In this document: positions 9,516-18,187 of the stretch, piece by piece | Position numbering within the stretch: the stretch's first letter is position 1 | Layout of the letters: the number at the start of each line of letters is the position of its first letter | Assembly: GCA_942493095.1 (NCBI GenBank) | Contig: OW818675.1 | Coordinates: 360,001 to 392,000, forward strand | Direction of reading: 5' to 3' | Length of the DNA: 32,000 nucleotides | From: Candidatus Electronema halotolerans | GTDB lineage: Bacteria; Desulfobacterota; Desulfobulbia; Desulfobulbales; Desulfobulbaceae | Made by a program: the position numbers and the translations under genes | The notes under the pieces: model-generated | What the model was told of the DNA's origin: nothing | Databases searched by the model: none | Seen by the model: the letters and a program-made list of their open reading frames with translations, nothing else

Positions 9516-9736
9516 ATCTTAAACACAAAAGGCAGTGAAAATTTCTTGGGCGCAGAATGCCTTTTTGAAGATGACTCCGTATTTTAATGAGGCGACCTGC
9601 TTCACTTTTCACCAAGTTAAGCCGAGATTTGCGGCCACGCTTTCTGCCGACAGCAGTTTGCCGTTAGCTTGAAATATAGATGTAACTCATTAGTATTATT
9701 TTGGCATCACTCTATACTTTCCGAAAAGAAGCATAT

Positions 9737-10177
9737 TTATTCGTTTTGTTCCTCATTTTTTGACCTTCCATTTTGTATTCCATGCTGAAACATAATCGCA
9801 TCATTTAGCAATTTCTGTTTTCCAAGAATAAGATTCCTGTGATGATCAAGCAATTGAGACAAAACTTTCTCTTGATATTCAGCGTAATACTTATCACCAG
9901 GTTGGGCAAGCGATAACTTTTCTATTAGGGATGAAAGTTGCGAGGAAAAATCACTGATTGATTTTGATTCAAGCATCGAAGTTTCTTTGGCAATTATCTC
10001 AGGACGTGATGAGATTATATTTATTGACGCATCATTCAACTTCGATTGCCAATCTATTATTGAAGACTTTATATCAATGAGTGTCTTCTTTGTCTCTTCT
10101 GCTTGTCTGCTTGACAGAATCCAAAACAAAACTGCAAGCATCAAGCTAATAATACTTGCCAAGTCACCATATTGCAT
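9737..10177 (-). CDS. hypothetical protein with one N-terminal TM helix
   Basis: 146 aa ORF with N-terminal hydrophobic segment 'LASIISLMLAVLFWILSS' followed by a polar helical region; lies in an AT-rich segment. No family recognised. Confidence 0.5.
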   Translation of the reverse strand: MQYGDLASIISLMLAVLFWILSSRQAEETKKTLIDIKSSIIDWQSKLNDASINIISSRPEIIAKETSMLESKSISDFSSQLSSLIEKLSLAQPGDKYYAEYQEKVLSQLLDHHRNLILGKQKLLNDAIMFQHGIQNGRSKNEEQNE

Positions 10178-10200
10178 ACAACATACCGTATGTTTTTTTA

Positions 10201-10497
10201 TTAGTTGCTATATACAGCGTCAACTTGGCAAGATTCACCAGAGTTAAGAAAAATTAATTTTCCGCAAGCAAATGATCGAGTGTTTAAAGCGCAATCCCAA
10301 ACAAGAATCGCATCGTCCATTATAGCTAACTCAAGGCATAAAGAAGTTTTTATCAAAGCACCAGATTTAACATCTGTATAAAGATTGCTTTCAATACGTT
10401 TAATCGTGACTTCATACTTCTCTGCCCTTGATATTCCAGGGGAAAGAAACAGAAATGCTATAACTGAATAAAATATTAAATTCCTCATGTTTGACAC
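10201..10497 (-). CDS. hypothetical secreted protein
   Basis: 98 aa ORF with signal-peptide-like N-terminus 'MRNLIFYSVIAFLFLSPGISRAEKYEV' and four cysteines in the mature region. Confidence 0.45.
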   Translation of the reverse strand: MSNMRNLIFYSVIAFLFLSPGISRAEKYEVTIKRIESNLYTDVKSGALIKTSLCLELAIMDDAILVWDCALNTRSFACGKLIFLNSGESCQVDAVYSN

Positions 10498-10634
10498 TCT
10501 GATTTATTCTATTTCTTAGAAAGAACCAGAACCTGCTCCCACTGAAATCAGGTTCTTTCCTCTGCCTCAAAAAACCGCTCTCTTGCAGCCAAACCATGTA
10601 CATAGCACGATTGCACCGCCCGCGCAAGCCTTTT

Positions 10635-11927
10635 TTACACCGCCGCCAATTTTGCCAAAGATGCCTCAACCGCATCAAGAGCCTTCTGCAAATGCGCCCG
10701 CTCATGGGCCGCAGAGACAAAGGCAGCTTCAAACTGCGACGGCGCAAGCCAGATGCCGTTAGCCAGCATGTTGCGGAAATGCTGCGCATATCGCTGGGTA
10801 TCCGCTTTCATGGCGGAAGCAAAATCCGTTACCGGCGCATCGGTGAAAAAACAAGTCATCATCGAACCAATCCGATTCAGCACAGTCGGCACCGAAGCCG
10901 CCGCCCCGATTTTCGCCAATCTCTCGGCAAACCAATCGCTCTTTTCTTCCAGCTCTTCATAAAAACCGGGCCGCCGCACCACCTTGAGCATGGCTGAACC
11001 TGCGGCCATTGCCAGCGGATTGCCGGACAAAGTGCCTGCCTGATAGACCGGGCCATCCGGGGCAACCATATCCATGATCGCCTTTTTGCCGCCATAGGCC
11101 CCGACTGGCAGGCCGCCGCCGATAATCTTGCCAAGACAGGTCAGATCCGGCAGAATGCTGAAGCGTTCCTGCGCTCCGCCGAGGGCCAGCCGGAAACCGG
11201 TGATCACCTCGTCAAAAATGAGGACAATGCCCAGCTCGGCGGTCAGCTCGCGCAGCCTGCGCAGAAAAGCCATGTCTGGGACAATCACGCCCATATTGCC
11301 AGCCACTGGCTCGATGATCACGCAGGCAATGTCCAAACTGGCATCGCGCAGGGTCTTTTCAAGAATTTCAATATCGTTATAAGGAATGGACAGCGTATTT
11401 TTGACAATGTCCTCCGGTACGCCGGGGCTGCCTGGAATGCCGAGCGTGGCCACGCCAGAACCGGCCTTGACCAAGAACGAATCCGCATGGCCGTGATAGC
11501 AGCCGTCAAACTTGATGATCATCTTGCGGCCAGTATAACCCCGCGCCAAGCGGACTGCGCTCATCGTCGCTTCGGTGCCGGAACTGACAAAACGCACTTT
11601 TTCAATCGAGGGCACTGATTCGCAGACCAATTCGGCCAGCTCCACCTCCAGCGCGGCAGGTGCGCCAAAACTGGTGCCGTTCGGCAGAGCCTCCTGAATC
11701 GCCTTGACCACTTCAGGATGGCCATGCCCAAGAATCATCGGTCCCCACGAGCCGACAAAATCAATAAATTCATTGCCGTCCGCATCCGTGATCAAGCAGC
11801 CTTGGGCCTTGGCGACAAACAGCGGGTCGCAGCCCACAGATTTGCAGGCCCGCACAGGCGAGTTCACGCCGCCGGGAATGACGTTGCAGGCTTGGGCGAA
11901 AAGGGAGGCGGAGTGCTGGGTCTTCAT
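10635..11927 (-). CDS. hemL: glutamate-1-semialdehyde 2,1-aminomutase
   Basis: 'IPGGVNSPVRACKSVG', 'DFVGSWGPMILGHGHPEV', 'VSSGTEATMSAVRLARGYTGRKMIIKFDGCYHGHAD', 'LIFDEVITGFR', 'TCLGKIIGGGLPVGAYGG'. Confidence 0.98.
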   Translation of the reverse strand: MKTQHSASLFAQACNVIPGGVNSPVRACKSVGCDPLFVAKAQGCLITDADGNEFIDFVGSWGPMILGHGHPEVVKAIQEALPNGTSFGAPAALEVELAELVCESVPSIEKVRFVSSGTEATMSAVRLARGYTGRKMIIKFDGCYHGHADSFLVKAGSGVATLGIPGSPGVPEDIVKNTLSIPYNDIEILEKTLRDASLDIACVIIEPVAGNMGVIVPDMAFLRRLRELTAELGIVLIFDEVITGFRLALGGAQERFSILPDLTCLGKIIGGGLPVGAYGGKKAIMDMVAPDGPVYQAGTLSGNPLAMAAGSAMLKVVRRPGFYEELEEKSDWFAERLAKIGAAASVPTVLNRIGSMMTCFFTDAPVTDFASAMKADTQRYAQHFRNMLANGIWLAPSQFEAAFVSAAHERAHLQKALDAVEASLAKLAAV

Positions 11928-12189
11928 AGCTCTTTTTTGCTTGCTGAAACTGGTGTGGATGATTCCGGGTTTGCCTTGAACTGACAGCCGCTTCTATGGT
12001 AAGGTGCAGAGGCTGTGGTTCTGGCACGGCAGCCGTGCCGCCGCTGACTATAGCATGTTGTTTTTTCTTCTGTCAAATAAAAGCAGGGAGACAGTGCCCG
12101 GAGCGTTGCTCCGGTCTGGATGAATAAAAACTCCTTTGGAGTTTTCAGTCCAACAAATTTTCAATTTTCCAAAGCGCACGTTGCAAAGC

Positions 12190-12366
12190 ATGGACGAGGA
12201 AGTCTTCTATTACTTAACTGTTGAAGATATCCAGTCAGTTGCCACTGAAACGATTGACCGGGAACTGACTCCCGTCGAAATCAACATGATCAAAGATTCT
12301 ATAGCAGAAAGAATTAACTGGTACGATGCTATTTTCCATGCGATTCTTGAGGAAAAATTTTCTTGA
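12190..12366 (+). CDS. small hypothetical protein
   Basis: Likely start MDEEVFYYLTVEDIQSV within ORF 12136..12366; acidic small protein upstream of the J-domain-like gene. Confidence 0.4.
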   Translation: MDEEVFYYLTVEDIQSVATETIDRELTPVEINMIKDSIAERINWYDAIFHAILEEKFS

Positions 12367-12455
12367 TTCATTGCTTGGGAAGCAATAGCGCGTCTCAACT
12401 CTGCGGCGAATTTGAACAGGAAGCAGGAATAATCAAACCATAGCAGGAGAAGACC

Positions 12456-13601
12456 ATGAGCAAATCTGACTGCAAAGCCGTCCGCATCGCAAATGCTTCT
12501 ACTAAGAAAGTTCTCTCCAAGGGCCAGAAACGATTCAACTCCTTGATCAAACGGCTTGAGACAAAGAGAAAACTGCTCCAACGCTGGCAGGAGACTGTTC
12601 CGGTTTACCGGCAGCGTGTCCTTACGGAATATGATGCGTTGTATGATGAATACAATGAGCAGCGGGCTGATTTGGTGCGTCTGTTTGATGCCGCCTATCC
12701 CAAAAAAATGTTCACCAAAACAGACAAGCGCAAACTCAAGCATCTGATCCGCTCCATCACCGAGGAGCTGATTTCTTATGATGTGGAGGGAATGAAGGAC
12801 ATATACAATAAATACAGCGAGGTTGATTTTGACAGCATTGACAAGGAGACGGATGAGCAGGTCGGTCAGATGATGAAGGCAATGTTTGAAGAGATGATGG
12901 GTGTTGAAATTGATGATGATGTTGATGTCAGCTCGCCGGAAAAATTTCAAGCCGCCTTGCAGGAGAAATTAGCTGAACAGGAGGAGCAGGAGCGGCTGGC
13001 TGAGGAGAAACGCCGCAAGCGCAAGAAGAGTGCCAGACAATTGGCTAAAGAGGCCCGGATTGAGCAGGAGGAGCAGAATATCAGCAAGTCCATTCAGGAA
13101 GTGTATCGAAAATTGGCCGCATCCCTGCATCCTGACCTTGAAACAGATTTAGAGGAAAAGGAACGAAAAACCAAATTGATGCAGCAGGTCAACGTTGCCT
13201 ACAAGGAAAAGAACTTATTGCGTCTGCTGGAACTGCAACTGGAATTGGAGCATATTGACCAAGAGCATCTGAACGGTTTGGCCGAAGAAAAAATCCAGTA
13301 CTTCAACAAGATTCTCCAGAATCAACTGAAAGAGCTGGAGGAGGAAATTCATCTCGTCGAATACCAGGCAAAAACAGTATCTGGCTGTATGCCTTTTGCG
13401 CCTTTAAAACCTGAGCAGCTCCTCAAAAAACTGGATGACGACATTGAAGATGTCAAAGATGACATTGACCTAATCAAAATAGATATTGAGGAGTTCAGAA
13501 CGAACACCAAGCTGAAGGAATTCCTGAAAACATACAAGATTCCCAAGCCGCAGGATGATGTTTTCGACCTGAACAACCTGTTGATGGAAGGCATGTTTTA
13601 A
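12456..13601 (+). CDS. coiled-coil protein with internal J-domain-like segment
   Basis: Internal 'ISKSIQEVYRKLAASLHPDLETDLEEKERKTKLMQQVNVAYKEKNLLRLLELQLEL' carries the HPD motif and flanking helices of a DnaJ J-domain; long charged coiled coils on both sides. Confidence 0.65.
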   Translation: MSKSDCKAVRIANASTKKVLSKGQKRFNSLIKRLETKRKLLQRWQETVPVYRQRVLTEYDALYDEYNEQRADLVRLFDAAYPKKMFTKTDKRKLKHLIRSITEELISYDVEGMKDIYNKYSEVDFDSIDKETDEQVGQMMKAMFEEMMGVEIDDDVDVSSPEKFQAALQEKLAEQEEQERLAEEKRRKRKKSARQLAKEARIEQEEQNISKSIQEVYRKLAASLHPDLETDLEEKERKTKLMQQVNVAYKEKNLLRLLELQLELEHIDQEHLNGLAEEKIQYFNKILQNQLKELEEEIHLVEYQAKTVSGCMPFAPLKPEQLLKKLDDDIEDVKDDIDLIKIDIEEFRTNTKLKEFLKTYKIPKPQDDVFDLNNLLMEGMF

Positions 13602-13619
13602 GCAGCGGCATCAGTTTCA

Positions 13620-14090
13620 ATGAGTAAATATCCATTCATCATTCTTGCTGCTTTACTGACAACAGCTTTTTCTTTCGCCACTGCCTCAGCCAAATTTGCT
13701 CTGCCTGATTACGTTCACACCCTCAGCCAGCTTGCAGAGGCGCAGAAGCAGGCGCAGCAGAGCAGCAGGCCGCTTGCTTTTGTCTGCACAAACAAGGAAA
13801 GCGCCTGCACCCTGACCACGGCGGCCAGCGAGGATGTCTTTGCAGGGTTGAAAGATCACAGCGTGCTTGTTTATGTTGAGCTGAACAGTGTTGACAGCCT
13901 CCCGGCTCTTGTCGCCAAGGCCCTGAATTCTGCGGCGGCAGGCCAGCAGCTTCCAAAAACAGCGGTCATCAGCTCTGATCTGCGCACCCTGATTGATCTG
14001 CTGCCGGATGTGGAGGAGTCGCTGCTGCGGGCGGCCCGCATCCGGGAGACCCAGGAAAAAATTGCCCACTATATGCAGGAACAGCAATAA
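13620..14090 (+). CDS. exported hypothetical protein, possibly thioredoxin-fold
   Basis: Signal peptide-like N-terminus 'FIILAALLTTAFSFATASAKFA'; directly upstream of trxA. Fold assignment is tentative. Confidence 0.5.
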   Translation: MSKYPFIILAALLTTAFSFATASAKFALPDYVHTLSQLAEAQKQAQQSSRPLAFVCTNKESACTLTTAASEDVFAGLKDHSVLVYVELNSVDSLPALVAKALNSAAAGQQLPKTAVISSDLRTLIDLLPDVEESLLRAARIRETQEKIAHYMQEQQ

Positions 14091-14138
14091 CCCTTTGGTT
14101 CCTATAACGTCCAATCAGCGGAAAAGGAGAATTTGATT

Positions 14139-14465
14139 ATGGCAAGCGAGAAAGTCATCCAAGCCACAGACAAAACGTTTGACAGTCTGACAAACGGAGA
14201 GATTCCCTGTCTCGTGGATTTCTGGGCCCCTTGGTGCGGCCCCTGCAAGGCCATCGGGCCGGTCATTGAGCAGCTGGCCGAGGAATTTGATGGCCAAGCC
14301 AACATCGTCAAGGTGAATGTTGACGACAACCAGGAAACAGCGGGCAGGTTCAACGTCCGGGCCATCCCCACCTTGATCATGTTCAAGAAGGGAGAAGTGA
14401 AGGGCCAGATCACCGGCGCAGTGGGCAAAGGTCAGCTCGTGGAACTGATCAACAAGGCTCTCTGA
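14139..14465 (+). CDS. trxA: thioredoxin
   Basis: 'PCLVDFWAPWCGPCKAIGPVIEQLAEEFDG...KVNVDDNQETAGRFNVRAIPTLIMFKKGE'. Confidence 0.98.
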   Translation: MASEKVIQATDKTFDSLTNGEIPCLVDFWAPWCGPCKAIGPVIEQLAEEFDGQANIVKVNVDDNQETAGRFNVRAIPTLIMFKKGEVKGQITGAVGKGQLVELINKAL

Positions 14466-14489
14466 TTTCTTGCGGCAGCGCAGCCTCCG

Positions 14490-14524
14490 GGGTGCTCCGC
14501 GCTCCGGGGCATCCTTTTCTTTTT
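14490..14524 (+). terminator. possible weak terminator between trxA and trxB
   Basis: GGGTGC ... GCATCC pairing (one G-U) followed by TTTTCTTTTT. Confidence 0.35.
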
Positions 14525-14537
14525 CAGGAAATTGTTC

Positions 14538-15476
14538 ATGAACAAGCCAGATTACCAACTGATCATTGTCGGCGGCGGACCAGCAGGGCTGACTGCCGGG
14601 CTGTACGCGGCCCGTGGACGGATTCAGACCCTGCTCATTGAAAAAGGGGCCGCTGGCGGCCAAGTTCTGCTCACTGACTGGGTTGACAACTATCCGGCCT
14701 TTGCCGAGGGCGTGGCCGGTTTTGACTTGGTGGACAAGATGGCTGCCCATGCTGACCGCTTCGGCTTGGAGAAAAAGTCGGCTGCGGTGGAGTCCATGGA
14801 TCTGCAAGGTGATTTGAAGCGCATCCGCTTGGATTCCGGCGAGGAGCTGACCTGTGAGGCAGTGATCATCTGCACCGGGGCCAGACCGCGCAAGATTGAA
14901 GTGCCGGGCGAAGAGGATCTGCAAGGCAAGGGCGTGTCCTACTGCGCCACCTGCGACGGCCCCTTTTACCGGGATCAGGAAATTGCCGTGGTCGGCGGCG
15001 GCAACACTGCGGTGCAGGAGGCCATCCATCTGACCAAATTTGCGAAAAAAGTGACCGTGATCCACCGCCGGGACAGCCTGCGGGCCACTGCCATTTTGCA
15101 GGAAAAAGCCTTTGCCGAGCCGAAAATCGACTTTGTCTGGAATGCTCAGATCAGCGAGATTGTCGGCAAGGAGGAGGTCGAGGCTGTGAACATCAAATAC
15201 AACGACGGCTCAAGTTCCGTGCTGTCAGTGACCGGTGTTTTTGTGCTCATCGGCGTGACACCCAACAACAACATGCTGCCCCTGGACCAGCTTCAGACCG
15301 ACGAGGGCGGCTTCGTTGTCACGGACAGCGAGATGGCCTGCGCCGGGCTGGAGGGCGTGTTTGCCGCTGGCGACATCCGCAGCAAGCTCTTCCGCCAGAT
15401 CATCAACGCTGCCGGAGAAGGGGCCAATGCCGAGCTTGCCGCAGAACACTATCTCAGCAGCCGCCCGGCGGCCTGA
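14538..15476 (+). CDS. trxB: thioredoxin-disulfide reductase
   Basis: 'IVGGGPAGLTAGLYAARG', 'GKGVSYCATCDGPFYRDQEIAVVGGGNTAVQEAIHL', 'GVFAAGDIRSKLFRQIINAAGEGANAEL'. The listed ORF from 14532 uses TTG; ATG at 14538. Confidence 0.97.
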   Translation: MNKPDYQLIIVGGGPAGLTAGLYAARGRIQTLLIEKGAAGGQVLLTDWVDNYPAFAEGVAGFDLVDKMAAHADRFGLEKKSAAVESMDLQGDLKRIRLDSGEELTCEAVIICTGARPRKIEVPGEEDLQGKGVSYCATCDGPFYRDQEIAVVGGGNTAVQEAIHLTKFAKKVTVIHRRDSLRATAILQEKAFAEPKIDFVWNAQISEIVGKEEVEAVNIKYNDGSSSVLSVTGVFVLIGVTPNNNMLPLDQLQTDEGGFVVTDSEMACAGLEGVFAAGDIRSKLFRQIINAAGEGANAELAAEHYLSSRPAA

Positions 15477-15495
15477 GCCAAGGAGGCTGGAACCC

Positions 15496-16317
15496 ATGCA
15501 GAGCAAAGTTTCCGTCAGCCGCGCCGCCTGCTGCTTGGTGCTGGCAGCAGCCTGTCTGTCGTTGAGCGGCTGCGGCTCGATCAAAGACATGTTCAGTTCC
15601 TTGTCTTTTGGCGCGGATCAGGAGGAACAAGTTGAACCGGCAGAGACCTTGGCTGCCAAGGCTATGAACGACTACAAGGTCGGCAGCTATTCTGACGCGC
15701 TTGATTCGTTTCAGGAGATCATTGACCGTTATCCGTTCAGCCCGGAGGCCCTGCTGGCCGAGCTGAAGGCGGCGGACTGCCAGTATTACAGCGGCAAATA
15801 TGCGGAAGCCAAGGAACTGTACAAGACCTTTGAGGAGCAGCATCCCACCAACGAGGCGGTTCCTTATGTCATGTTTCAGATTGGGTTATGCGATTTCGCC
15901 CGTGCTGACCGGATCGACCGCGATCCCAGCGGTGCTGAGGACGCAGTCCAGTCCTTTGCTCGGCTCCTGCGCATTCATCCCAAATCGCCCTACAGCAGAG
16001 AGGCCAAGGCGCGGATGCAGGCGGCCAAGGAATTCTTGGTCAATCATGAATATTTTGTCGCCGTCTTTTATGTCCGCACCAAAAAGTATGAGCAGGCCAA
16101 GCATCGCCTCAAATACATCATTGCCATGTATCCAGAGGCCAAGGTTCTGCCCAAGGCCAAGGAGCTGCTCGCCAAGCTGGAACAGGGCAAGCCGCCCAGA
16201 TGGGGCTTGGCAAAATGGCTGCCTGATCTGACCATGCCGGACTGGAAGTGGTGGCAGAGCAAGGATGATGTGCTTGAAGACACAGGCAAGGAAGCGGAGC
16301 AGGCTGGTGAGCAATAG
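15496..16317 (+). CDS. bamD: outer membrane protein assembly factor BamD-like lipoprotein
   Basis: Lipobox-like 'CLSLSGCGS' followed by a TPR-like array 'AMNDYKVGSYSDALDSFQEIIDRYPFSPEALLAELKAADCQYYSGKYAEAKELYKTFEEQHP'. The plausible start is internal to the ORF listed from 15316. Confidence 0.88.
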   Translation: MQSKVSVSRAACCLVLAAACLSLSGCGSIKDMFSSLSFGADQEEQVEPAETLAAKAMNDYKVGSYSDALDSFQEIIDRYPFSPEALLAELKAADCQYYSGKYAEAKELYKTFEEQHPTNEAVPYVMFQIGLCDFARADRIDRDPSGAEDAVQSFARLLRIHPKSPYSREAKARMQAAKEFLVNHEYFVAVFYVRTKKYEQAKHRLKYIIAMYPEAKVLPKAKELLAKLEQGKPPRWGLAKWLPDLTMPDWKWWQSKDDVLEDTGKEAEQAGEQ

Positions 16318-16332
16318 CCAGTCAGGACAAGC

Positions 16333-18138
16333 ATGAGCCTGCTTGAAAGCAATGAGCTGCTTGACCTGCTCTTGGGGCACCGGCTGATCAGCGAGCAGCA
16401 GAAAAAGTTTGTCCTCCGCAACAAGGAGCGGCAGCGGCAGCATCTCCGCAAGCTGCAGCGGGAGCACAAATTGGTTGTGGGCCGGGGCTATCCTGACATG
16501 GCCGACATCATCACCTCAATGAAGCTGGAGGTTCCGGGCGGCGAGAAAAAACTCCTCACCGAGGAGATGGTCATGCGGACGGTCGCCCATCATCTCAAGA
16601 TTCCCTTTAAAAAGCTTGATCCGCTGGAGCTGGACATCCAGATTGTCACCAAGACCATTCCCCGCTCCTTTGCCATCAACCATCTGATCCTGCCCTTTGA
16701 AGTCCGCAACGGCGTGCTCCAAGTCGTGACCTATGACCCGGAAGACCGCACCCCTTTGGACGACATTGAGCAGGTCAATCAGATCAAGGTCAACCCGTGG
16801 TTGAGCACCCGCTCGGACATCCGCAAGATTCTTTCCGAGTTCTTCGGCTTTCAGCAGTCGATCACCGCAGCGGAAAGCCAGTTCAGCAGCACGAGCGGCA
16901 GCGCGGCTGTGGATATTGGCAACCTGGAGCAGTATGTCAAGCTGTCGTCAAACACGGAACTCAGCTCCACGGACCAGCACATCAAGGCGGCGGTCAATCA
17001 TCTGTTCAAATACGCCATTGAGCAGCGGGCCAGCGACATTCATGTTGAGCCGAAGCGGGAAGCCTGTTTGATCCGCTACCGGATTGACGGCATCCTCCAC
17101 ACCATCTACAAGCTGCCCAAGGCTGTGCATTCGGCCATCACCTCGCGCATCAAGGCCTTGGCCCGCTTGGACATTGCCGAGAAGCGGCGGCCCCAGGACG
17201 GCAGAATCAAAATCAGCCAGCAGGACGGCAAGGAGGTGGAGCTGCGCATCTCCACCATTCCGGTTTCTTTTGGCGAGAAGACGGTCATGCGCATCTTAGA
17301 CACCAGCGTCATCTTTCAAGATATTGATGAGATGGGTTTCTCCAAGCGCGACCGGGCGGTTTACAACTCCTTGATGACTGCCCAGCACGGCTTGGTCTTT
17401 GTCACTGGCCCGACTGGCAGCGGCAAGTCAACCACCCTCTATTCCACCCTGAAAAAGATTTCCACGCCAGAAATCAACATCATCACGGTTGAAGACCCAG
17501 TGGAGATGGTGCATGAGGACTTTAATCAGATTGCGGTCCAGCCGCAGATTGATATCACCTTTTCCACCATCCTGCGCAACATCCTCCGGCAAGACCCGGA
17601 CGTGATCATGATTGGCGAAATCCGCGACTTGGAAACTGCCACGCACGCGGTGCAGGCCGCCCTGACCGGGCATCTGGTTTTTTCCACCCTGCACACCAAT
17701 GACGCAGTTTCCACGGTCATCCGCCTGCAAGACCTTGGCTTGGAGCCGTTCCTGATCGCCTCAACCATGCTGGGCGCGCTGGCCCAGCGCTTGGTGCGCA
17801 AAATCTGTCCGTACTGCATCACCGGCTATGAAGAAGACTTTTTCGAGCTGCAACGGATGGGCTTTCCGGTTTCTGGCGAGGGAAAAATTGAACTCAAGCG
17901 GGGCAAGGGCTGCAAGGAATGCCGCAAGACCGGCTATGCCGGACGGATGGGCATTTTTGAGCTGTTTCCCATGTCAGACCGGCTGAAGAAGCTGGTCACA
18001 GAAAAGGCGGCAGATGCCGAGCTGCGGCAAGTGGCGATCCGCGAGGGCATGACCACGCTCAAGGAAGATGCCTGGCTGAAGGTCAAAAACGGCCTGACCA
18101 CGGTTGAAGAAGCTCTCCGCGTCTGCGGCGATGCCTGA
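16333..18138 (+). CDS. GspE/PulE/PilB-family secretion or pilus assembly ATPase
   Basis: 'KYAIEQRASDIHVEPKREACLIRYRIDG', Walker A 'VFVTGPTGSGKSTTLYSTL', 'TVEDPVE', 'LRNILRQDPDVIMIGEIRDLETATHAVQAALTGHLVFSTLHTNDA', Cys motif 'KICPYC...KGCKECRKTGYAGRMGIFEL'. Confidence 0.95.
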   Translation: MSLLESNELLDLLLGHRLISEQQKKFVLRNKERQRQHLRKLQREHKLVVGRGYPDMADIITSMKLEVPGGEKKLLTEEMVMRTVAHHLKIPFKKLDPLELDIQIVTKTIPRSFAINHLILPFEVRNGVLQVVTYDPEDRTPLDDIEQVNQIKVNPWLSTRSDIRKILSEFFGFQQSITAAESQFSSTSGSAAVDIGNLEQYVKLSSNTELSSTDQHIKAAVNHLFKYAIEQRASDIHVEPKREACLIRYRIDGILHTIYKLPKAVHSAITSRIKALARLDIAEKRRPQDGRIKISQQDGKEVELRISTIPVSFGEKTVMRILDTSVIFQDIDEMGFSKRDRAVYNSLMTAQHGLVFVTGPTGSGKSTTLYSTLKKISTPEINIITVEDPVEMVHEDFNQIAVQPQIDITFSTILRNILRQDPDVIMIGEIRDLETATHAVQAALTGHLVFSTLHTNDAVSTVIRLQDLGLEPFLIASTMLGALAQRLVRKICPYCITGYEEDFFELQRMGFPVSGEGKIELKRGKGCKECRKTGYAGRMGIFELFPMSDRLKKLVTEKAADAELRQVAIREGMTTLKEDAWLKVKNGLTTVEEALRVCGDA

Positions 18139-18187
18139 ATGCCGACTGCATTTCCATCATCTGAGTTGATCCTTTTTGGAAACCGTA

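Noticed and set aside
10412-10789. 125-codon minus-strand ORF upstream of the 98 aa orphan
   Set aside because: Overlaps the 3' end of hemL and the orphan's 5' end in another frame; Arg/Leu-rich shadow sequence without motifs.
14115-15065. 316-codon minus-strand ORF
   Set aside because: Antisense to trxA and trxB, which have strong family motifs.
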